DNA of 64,000 nt from assembly GCA_037379345.1 (NCBI GenBank), contig CM074517.1, forward strand, positions 48,778,577 to 48,842,576, written 5' to 3'. The notes beneath the pieces are model-generated. The model was not told where the DNA came from, searched no databases, and saw only the letters and a list, made by a program, of their open reading frames with translations. The translations under genes were made by a program, and so were the position numbers. The stretch comes from Perna viridis. Lineage: Eukaryota. Each line of letters opens with the position of its first letter. Within the stretch, counting starts at the first letter, position 1. Below, one piece after another: positions 54,611-64,000 of this stretch.

Positions 54611-57600
54611 TTTTATGCGTTATTTTATAAGGGAACACTAGAATTTAACCGTATAGTTGGCATTTATTTCCAATTTTGTGGAGAATGCTCGTTAGATGTA
54701 TAAGACAAACGAACGGTAATATTTAGCTAACATATTTATTTATCGCGTTTAGACTATTTAATACGCATAAAGCGCTCCTAAAGCTAGGATTTTATAACCA
54801 AAACTTGCAAGCTACTTGTAACTTATGGTCAAATAACGAGAATCGTTAGCATTCAATAAAGTGAAGAACAATTAGATACGACAACTTTATAATATAATGT
54901 AATTATTTTGTTGGGGGATGAACATAAAATAAAAAAAAAACCGGTTTATTTACATACTAACAAGGGGGAAACTCGTCACAGCTTGTTCTGTTCACTAGTG
55001 TTTGTGTCCTTTTTGGGTATACACGTATTATTATGCGACGGTAATTCGTGAACTTCGTTCTTACGTGATTCGGGGCTAATACAGATTTTTACAGAAGTGC
55101 GATCCTGAAATTTATAAAAGAAAGCTTCCATGCTATAATTTACTCATATTTTCCAAAATTTGCACAACGTTTTCCAACAACTCCCGGATTCAACCATAAA
55201 AATGAAATCAGAACTAAAAATATACAAATCTGTTATAATATTTCATTAGAAAAAAAGGTAAATCTGAACTAGCACGTTGTTATCCTGTAAGTGGCAGCAG
55301 TTGATAGATTACACCTACTCATTTCGGGAAAGTTTTCTAAGAACTTGTCTAACCCTTAAATTTATAACGTACAAAGCAGGTTTTTCAACCCGCATCCTCA
55401 CTTTTTAAAACACAGAAGTTAATTAAGTCATTCGTATTCCGATTTTGTATAGATTTTATTCTGAAAAAGTTTTAAAATGTTGCCCACATGATGGATGTGC
55501 AAAAAAGAAATAGCAGACAACACTTTTTATCTTTTACATGGACAAAGACACATTATGTGAAGCTATAATAGATACTAATTTGTTTTTGTTAGGTAATCGT
55601 CTAAATATCACATATAATTATTTGTCGGGGAACCCAAACATTTCCCTTTAGACAAAATCTTGTATTTCCTTTTGAAAGGTGTGAATAATGTCCTGTTCGG
55701 TAACGGTATCTCCGTGCTAATGTCTCAATTAAGGCACATAGTAATCATTGTAATTGCTCGTGAAACTCTAAGCCTTGTTGGCGATCTTGTATACATGAAA
55801 AAATCGACCGGATTTCAAAATTACACGTGAAAATTTTAATTACGTGTATGAGTTTTAATGGACTTCGGGTATCATACATATTTCTGTAATAAAAGAGAAG
55901 TCCGCTATGTATTTAGAGAAAATAATGACCTATTAAAAGATTGAAGCAACATCAAAGCAAAAGAAAGTTTATATAAAACTGCCTTTTTAATGGTGCTTTC
56001 AGTATTTACTCCATGTTAAAGCAATAAAAAGGATATATACTGGAGTTTAATTTAAAGGTAAGATTATTTTAAAAAGGAAAAAATAAAGTTTTTGCATTTA
56101 GAATATATCAAAATTATTTATTCCAAAATGCATATTAAGCATGTCTGCCTTATAATGCTCTAAACAGAGATATAAATATCGTATGCTATTAGCAAAGTTA
56201 TCTCATTCATTTAAATAGAATTCTTTTAAAGATTTTGAGTATAGTACAGTTTCATATCTGAAAAAATGAAACAAACTTTGTTTTGATTATATAAGGGGAT
56301 GTTTTCTTCATCATCGTTGGTTGAAGATTTTGTCGAGCAAACAAATGGCCTGATGTTAAAGATAATATCAATCTCTTATTAACTTGAGAAGAATGTACAT
56401 GACTAAATTGAAATACAATTTATAATATGTACGATACTCTATCAAAAATACACGGAAATAACCAGGGAAAAAGGTTATAAATGTTGATCAGCTCCGTGAG
56501 ACTTACATGGGAAAAAGACCTTGTTGTACCACATCAAACGTATCGGTCTTTGGGCCTCTGACAGTTATAATACAGGTCAGAAATAAAAAAATGACATAAA
56601 TATTCCCTGTCATTGGAAAACAGATTATTCAGCCATGACAGCCCCAATACACAAATTGTCTTTCTTTGGTCACTTCTATAGAGTTACTCATTATTGTTGG
56701 AATTTGGTTACATTGTTGTCCAATACGTATTGAGGTCTTTGGTTATATCTGGGATTATTGCAATCGTTGTCCAGGTAAAATTATTACTTTTTATGTTTAT
56801 TGGCTGTGTTTCATTTTATTTCATTACTACTATTTATATTTTCTTAACCTTTTGTACATCACATATATACACTATAGCGAAGCTGTCATAAATGAATTAT
56901 CCATAATTACACATTTTGTATCGAAAAAATCCCCTTAATATTCAAATAATCATTGATAATAATTATTTTTTTCTTCTGTTTTTTTCTGCAATGTACCCAA
57001 CAAAACATTAATGTAATACAACTATATTTCATTACTCAAATGGGTCATTTAATTTTATATCCTTGTTTTAAATCAATTACTTTTATAAAATGGCTGTATG
57101 TTTTTGCCATTTGCAATCATTCACAAAATCAATTTAATGCTGATTAATTTACAACGAACATTTATCATCTTTTGCCTATTTCGCGTTTAAAAATTGTGGT
57201 GCCTTCCGATTTGTAGCAAGTTTTGTAATTCTAAAAGCATGGTTTATTTATCTTATGTCGCCTTCTGCTTTTTTCTCGGTGGGTTACGGATGCTTTTCCT
57301 TGTATCTCCGGAAGTAATTGAACTCGTAAGTTAAGCATCCCCGTAGAATCCGTTCTTTTCAACTTAAATCGGCGCATAAACATCATCTTTAATAACGCGG
57401 AAAAAATAATAATCTTTGGAAACGAGCTCGACCGTGAGTAACTCCCTACACGCGATTCATGACGAGACTTCAAATTAACTAAATGAAATGTTTATCCTTA
57501 TGTAAAAAATCGCAAGACTGCTTCTTGGAGTGTAAAAGCATGATATAATGCTCACATCAACAAAAACTGTCAGGAAAACAGAATTTTATATCACTCCTGT

Positions 57601-60180
57601 TATATCGCATCAGAAATAAAAATTAAGAAAACTGACGAAGAAAATTGAGCTAAGCCTCAATCTCGTCTCTTGTGAATTAGTTTTCTCGGTACGGTCTCGG
57701 AATGGAGTAAATTACGACCGCAGCACACTACTACGTCACACAAGTCCAATTTTTGCTGTCTTTTAATTTGTAAATGTTATTCCCTAATCGTGAAACTGTT
57801 GACTGGACAACTGAATCAATTTTCTCGTTGCTTTGTTGATTTTCTTTCATTAATGTTAAGTGTTTTTGGTCTATGAAGTAAGGAATGTCGTGTGATAGCT
57901 TGCCAGAGACATTCTACCACTTATTGGGTCAGTTGTAAAGCTGAGAGTTGCACGGCATATGATTAGTAAAAGTTAGCAAAGGTTTTAATCCGAAATATAA
58001 CTGTGATGTCTTTGTACTATTCAAATCTGCACCTTTCAAAAGTAGAGAACAAATTCAAAATTTACTATCATTGAATTCTTCACTTTCAAATTAACTTTTA
58101 CCAACCACAGTGAAACGTTATTTAGGAATTTAAGGATTGTTTATACTGGGAATTCTAAGACAAAAGTTAATATGATTTTGTTTTGTGTTGCACTTATTGT
58201 CCTCGTTCACTAAATATATTATTAGAATAGTGTTCTGTTGGAATCAAGACTGTTGAAAATGGTGGGGGATATCAAGAGTGCAACGAGTGTCTAAAGTTTA
58301 TCTACACATCCTCTTAGTAGATTGGCGATATTGGCACATGTGTACTTTTTCCATCCCAAGAATTTTTTGTCTTTATTTTTTCTCTTGACACTGGGTTTTA
58401 ATTGAATGTCAGCAATTGTCTTCATTTTTTCACTTGTCAAGATTGAATAACCCGTATATAGGCAACGCGCAAGAATCATATTTTTACCGACATTTTGGTA
58501 TGTGTCACATGTATAGATATACATGTACTGTCATCTCTGGCCACTCCGGTCATACATGGACACACACATTGTATTTCCCACGTTCTGTCAAGCGGTAGTT
58601 GGTCTTTTACAATTCTCTCTATAATCTATCTTTAAAAAAAGGTCATATCATTACTATTAAATATACATTTACTGGCGTCTGCAGCACAACTAAATAGTAA
58701 ACGGTTTACATTGTAGATATATAAACAGGATGGTCAGTAAAAATCTACAAAAATCTTATATCAAGTCTAAGGCTGCTGTTATCTACTTACATGCTGGTAT
58801 TCATATTCACTTTAATTCAAGCACCGTTTTCTTTTTTTCGTACAATGATACAGTACATTAGTCGAGATCTATCAGATTTTTAGTATTTTAATCGTCACAT
58901 GAAGATCAACACTTTTTAGCGAAAAAAGGGGGCATAGGTTGATATTTACATTCGAGCTTGAAACAGACTCCATTAAAATATATAAACCATGAAAACATTG
59001 GATTTAATATGAAATTTGCGTCATCGATATCAATGCATAATAACTTGACAAGAATGACTTGTAAGTAATTATAACTTGTACATTGATTTTTGAGCGGCGA
59101 AATTTGTGCACGTATTAATTCATCAAACTTGTCTTGCTGTAAAAATATTTTAAATTTACCTATTTTTAGATAATCCATTTGACGAGTTACAACATTTATT
59201 GTTTGTTCATAAAATTTTTGATCGATCAAATTGTCACATGTGTACTTAAATATATCAAATCAAAGAACCCTTTACCGTAAAATTAAAATGAATTGTTGTT
59301 TTATTAACCCATGTTGTTGTTTTATTTATTTTTTACAAACTAATATCATATTAATCGAGAAATCCCTTACTTACATCGATACTTTAATAAGTAATGGTGG
59401 AAGGACGAAATTAATTTGTTTGACTATTTTATAAGGTAATTTTAATTTGTGAAAAGGTTTAGAGTAGTGCATGCAGAGTGTGTATTTCGAGAAAAAAAAA
59501 ACTTTTCACTGAAAAATATTCAAAATGACATTGTTTTCATACCCCGCATTCGATGTTTAATTATAATTACAATAAAGAATCTAGTGTTACACTTTTACAT
59601 GGGAAGATTTTATATAATAATTAATAACGGATAGGCTGTAGAGTTATTCTGATTTACTTTACAAGTGTCCAATATTTGAACAAAAGCCCTTAAAAGTAGT
59701 ATAATTTGTCCACATTAACTTTAAATTCCTATTTCTCACGAAATCTTTGAACTAAAATATTTTATTGCTTTCAATTAAAGTTTGATAGTTTGATGGAGGC
59801 GGCGTTTGTAAAAATTGGAGGAAATTTTCATGTAACACACTATCGCCAAATAATAAAATTTTAGCTTTGTGAAGCAAATTCTTTTACAATACACCTTTAG
59901 GCCACTACATTGTATTTTTGATTTTTAAATTATTATTTATTACATATCGGTAAATGTATATTGCATGTAACGGGATTAACTTCTCAATATTGTTATCTAT
60001 AATATCGCCCCTGATGAAATTAGTTATAAAACACGTTTTAATTATTGTTAAAACATGTACCTTTCAAATAAACAATACGGTAATAAAGTTGTAAACAATT
60101 TGACTGGAATTTTCATGTAATGACTGTTACTATCAAACTACTATAAATCGGTAGATTACGATGCTCTACTGAATACTGAT

Positions 60181-60220
60181 GTCTGATTGGCTTATAAATT
60201 AGCTAATGAATATTCATAAA
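60181..60220 (+). promoter_or_regulatory. Candidate core promoter: inverted CCAAT box, TATA-like box and POU-type palindrome
   Basis: CTGATTGG (60183-60190), TTATAAAT (60192-60199) and the perfect palindrome ATGAATATTCAT (60206-60217) are packed together about 440 bp upstream of a strong splice donor. Confidence 0.4.
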
Positions 60221-60650
60221 AATAGTTCCCATGAATACGGAAAAACTATAAAATACAATTTCATGAGACTGTAGCGTAGTTTTAACCAGATTTTCGATAA
60301 ATTGAGGATAGAAAGTCGGTCTACATCAGCATTCTATGAAACTTTACGATAGAAAAGTTATTAGTGAATATAAAGTCATTTTCTCGGTTCAATTGTGTTT
60401 TCTCCATTAGCCGCTGTTGAGTATTGATTTCTTTTCCTATTGGAAGATGAAAACCACGTGACGGATTCTGACAGATAGAATTTTATGAGAACGTTGCGGA
60501 GGTCAGGGGTCATATTGTAAAGAGGTATCGCTTTTACTACTTGGTTTTATTATCCATGGATAGCATACATAGAAATTTTGTGCTCTCTGTTGATTTTCTT
60601 TGATAAGGAATAATTTCTCTCATGGAAGGAACTTTTTGTTTGAAGAAAAG
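60221..60650 (+). other. Candidate non-coding 5' UTR exon splicing to 62698 (5' boundary uncertain)
   Basis: The coding exon begins at an acceptor 15 nt before its ATG, so an upstream exon is required. The nearest consensus donor is AAG|GTAAGA (GT at 60651). The interval contains the E-box CCACGTGAC (60454-60462) and TTTACGA/TTTATGA motifs. Confidence 0.45.
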
Positions 60651-62712
60651 GTAAGAAAATGACAAATTTTCGCCTATTTTATTTAATTTCTAATTAACTC
60701 CAGACGAACCGTAAGTTGAGTTAACAGTCTTATCTAAATCTGCATAAAACTTCTGCCTCAATTATGTGTAACCCAAGCCAGACTTTAAAATTGTTATTAT
60801 TTCTGAAATTGAACATTTAAACTCGTTTTATTCCCCTTTCATGGCGCATAAAAAGTGCATAATTTTCGATGAACTGCAAGAAGTTATAGATTGGTATTTA
60901 ATGTTTATACTTGTTTTATGGTGACTATTAATTAATTTTAATGTTCCTTGGTGATAATTAAATAGTACTTTTGTTGTAAATAATGAAACTAATACAAGAT
61001 AATGATAAACCATTCCCATACCTTATAGACAATTTATTTTCTATTTCACAATGTTACTTTATATATAAATTTTCATATGATTGATGGGCAATTTTATATT
61101 TGTGGTAACACCAGTTTTTAACGACACAATATTTTTTTTTATTTTATTGGCAAAATGAAAACTTTTATTTAATATTTTATCGATGAATAATTTAATTATG
61201 CTAGAATTTACACCCCTTTTCTAATTTTTCTATTTTAGATATACTTTGTCAAACTTTAAGCTAAAGAAAACAACTGTTGAACAAGCCCCGTTATTGTACA
61301 AATTGCAAGACTTACATGTTTTAAGGTTTTAGTGGTCAGTCCTCTAATTCAGTCCTCTAATTATTTTTAGACGATTTCGAAAATACACGACGACGCAAAT
61401 CTGTGCTATACGAAATTGAATAATTTGTTTTTAATTCAGTAGATAGGGTTTTCTTGATTTATGCTGTAGATATGAGATCTACAGCAGTCAACTCTACATT
61501 GTTTATGATGAAGTTTTCAGAGAACTAATTTTCTGCACAGGGTGTTGTCAGAACTGCCTTAAAATTTGACAAAAGTCTTTTAAAATAAATTAATTTACTA
61601 CAAAACAACATTGTTTTCTTCCGAATTAGCTTCTTTGGCGGCTACATACTTTCTTAATTTAAAAATAAGCAACACCTTTCTGTTTATATTGTTAATTTAT
61701 TACCCTCATTCAAATAAGACAGTGTCGATAATAAGCGCCTTATATTGTATGTTATATTTCAAATTATACATGTATATATAGTTCATTGTGACCTGAAAGG
61801 GTATAAGACATTATATTTTTTTGTAAGATTTCCTGCAAAAAATAAATAGTGAACACCAACATCCATGTGTAAAATATTCTGAAAATTCTCCTATAGTTAC
61901 TACAATTCTTGCAATAAAAACATTGTGTACTTGTATAAAATGGACTTAGAAATAAAACTTCATACGTCTAGCTATTGCTAACAGAAGCGTTAAAAACTAA
62001 TCGAATTCCTCCAGATTGTGTACAACGCATGACAAATCATACCCTCTGTATCAAATATCAAAAACAATATTTACATGTTCGTATATGTAAATTTTAAAGC
62101 ATTACAAGTTGACATGAAAATTAGAACGTGGAAATTAAAATTTTTGTACCGAACGTATTCTGAGGTTAAACATTAGCAGAGAGTTAAAAAGAGAAAACAT
62201 GTAATAATTACACAGGAAAAATGTGTTTACAATCTGGTACATTATGTAGAATGATGACCTTATATGTTAGTCAAAATATTGATAAAGGGCTGTGTCCTTT
62301 TCCGGGCCTGCACAGCACATGTTTGATTATTTTCTTTCAAAGTGATCAATTTTTTGAAGATCTGTTTGAACTTGTATTTTTAGAGATACAGTTTTGTACT
62401 ATACATGGAAGTAGATGTGTTTCATCTATTTACATTTACATTAAATTATATAATCAGGTTGAGTGACTTGAGGAAATCTATCAAAGAGTTTTAAATTTTT
62501 CCCATATAAAAGTCAAGAATTTGAATCTTATTGGAAGTTCTCCTGTTTCATAACTGAAATATTAAGTCATCTTAAAACAATATTATATAATTTAATTATT
62601 AGTCGTGAACTATTTATGGTATCAATTCAACAGATGTACCACAAACGTTTGAGAATTTACAATGTTTCTATTTCGGGTATTTTTTTTATTCTTTCAGGTG
62701 GAATGATACAGA

Positions 62713-63208
62713 ATGGAGTCAGGGAGTAACCTACTAGCACACTCAAGTTTACCCTTTTATCAAAACGGACTATCTAGCACTACAGTTTCTAGTTTATTGT
62801 CGTCGAGTCCTAGTGCCCAAGATTCACTAAGTCGCACCGCTTTATCCACCCAAAACGGGTGGCCAACAAACTATTCCAGTGAGACAGGAAGCTCGTGTTC
62901 AATGGCTTCGTACGGAAATCTCCAGCTAGGAGCATCGTTCCCGATGAACGGGAAATCACCCTACAACTCATTTTCATCAGCAAGTGCAGACTATTTGAAC
63001 TGTCGGCAAATGCCGCTTAATCCCATGAACCATTTGAACGCTATGCCTGCCATGAGAAACTATTCTTTATACGGGGATATGTACCAAGCGGCCCATCCAC
63101 CCGGTTATACCAATGGCGGATTCTACCCGGATATGACGCATGGGATACCTCCACTTCCTGGCAGAGATATAGACTGTCGGAGTTCAGTATCAGATTCACC
63201 AAACCAAG
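62713..63208 (+). CDS. Post2: First coding exon of a homeobox-type transcription factor, most likely the posterior Hox gene Post2 (N-terminal ~165 aa; homeodomain exon expected downstream of the window)
   Basis: Only non-repeat ORF with protein-like composition (MESGSNLLAHSSLPFYQNGLSS...NGWPTNY...YLNCRQM...GGFYPDM...SDSPNQ) and raised GC. Canonical acceptor just upstream (ttttttttattctttcag|G, exon starts 62698) and donor CAAG|GTACT after 63208 (phase 1). That this is a coding exon is well supported. The Post2 name comes from recalled similarity to mollusc Post2 N-termini and the lack of the MSSYF start typical of central Hox proteins; no homeodomain is visible. Confidence 0.6.
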
Positions 63209-64000
63209 GTACTAGTTTTTAACCCGTTTTGGATCGAAATATTTTCTTATGCAGATTTCTTACACTGATTGAATCGATTGAAAACTTAACTGTGTCTATA
63301 CATGTCTACATGCAAATCATCTACATGCATTTGCATGTAAATCTGGCTTTATAAACCGATAAAACACTTTGAGGTTTTTAATTTAAAATCATGAATAAAG
63401 ACAACGTTTTACGAAATTACATCATTTACGTGGAAAATTGTCAAAAATGTAGGATCATTTTGTGTATTCAGACAAGGAAAATTATTTGTATTGCTTGAAT
63501 TATATAGTGGTATTTAAACTACACTTGTAAAATATTTTGAATGTTTTGAATGGACCCATTTTAAAAAATATAACTCTGCTTAGAAAAAAGGGATGTGAAA
63601 TGCATAATCCAAGGACAGATAAAAATGAAACCACTTTATTTAAATTAAGAGTTATCCATTTGGCAGACCAAAAATCTAACATTAACAGACTTAATGCGCC
63701 CATTTTTAATATTTTGGATTAAAATCAATATTTTTTCTATAGAAATTCTTTTTAAATGTGCTACACAACTAACCATAATGGGAGGTAATTTACAAATTTA
63801 CGCAATAAATAAATTTTATTGGACATTATATAACCAGTTCTGTTCACTTACCCGAAACTAATATATACCTTAACTACTCGAAATGCTTACAAATTGCCCA
63901 AAATTTTCGACTAATTTTTCTAACAATATCGAACATGTATCTCGTTTGTCATCTTTTAACTTGAATCAATTTGTATCAATAATTTGGTTAATGGAGATAA

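Noticed and set aside
30023-56063. Other AG|GTAAG donor matches (30026, 56058)
   Set aside because: A few are expected by chance in 64 kb and neither has supporting exon or promoter context.

Overview
This is AT-rich eukaryotic genomic DNA, not a prokaryotic window. The repeat families resemble those I recall from bivalve molluscs, so the taxon is inferred. About 62 kb is non-coding. The only convincing coding sequence is a spliced exon at 62698-63208 (ATG 62713) encoding a Ser/Pro/Tyr/Asn-rich transcription-factor N-terminus. It most resembles the first coding exon of the lophotrochozoan posterior Hox gene Post2; the homeobox would lie beyond the window, so the identity is provisional. A candidate promoter and non-coding first exon lie at about 60180-60650. 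The upstream desert carries clusters of posterior-Hox/Cdx-type motifs, E-box pairs and POU palindromes. It also holds two copies of a ~500-bp SINE-like retroelement (one with a 13-bp TSD), a tRNA-derived SINE head, a decayed Penelope-like RT fragment and about ten minisatellite arrays, mostly in two islands (22.3-26.8 kb and 36.1-38.3 kb). The most unusual observation is that the ~500-bp retroelement has no tRNA head. It begins instead with a predicted pseudoknot followed by a chain of hairpins, a candidate ribozyme or other structured RNA. Nearly all ORFs in the six-frame track are spurious or repeat-derived.
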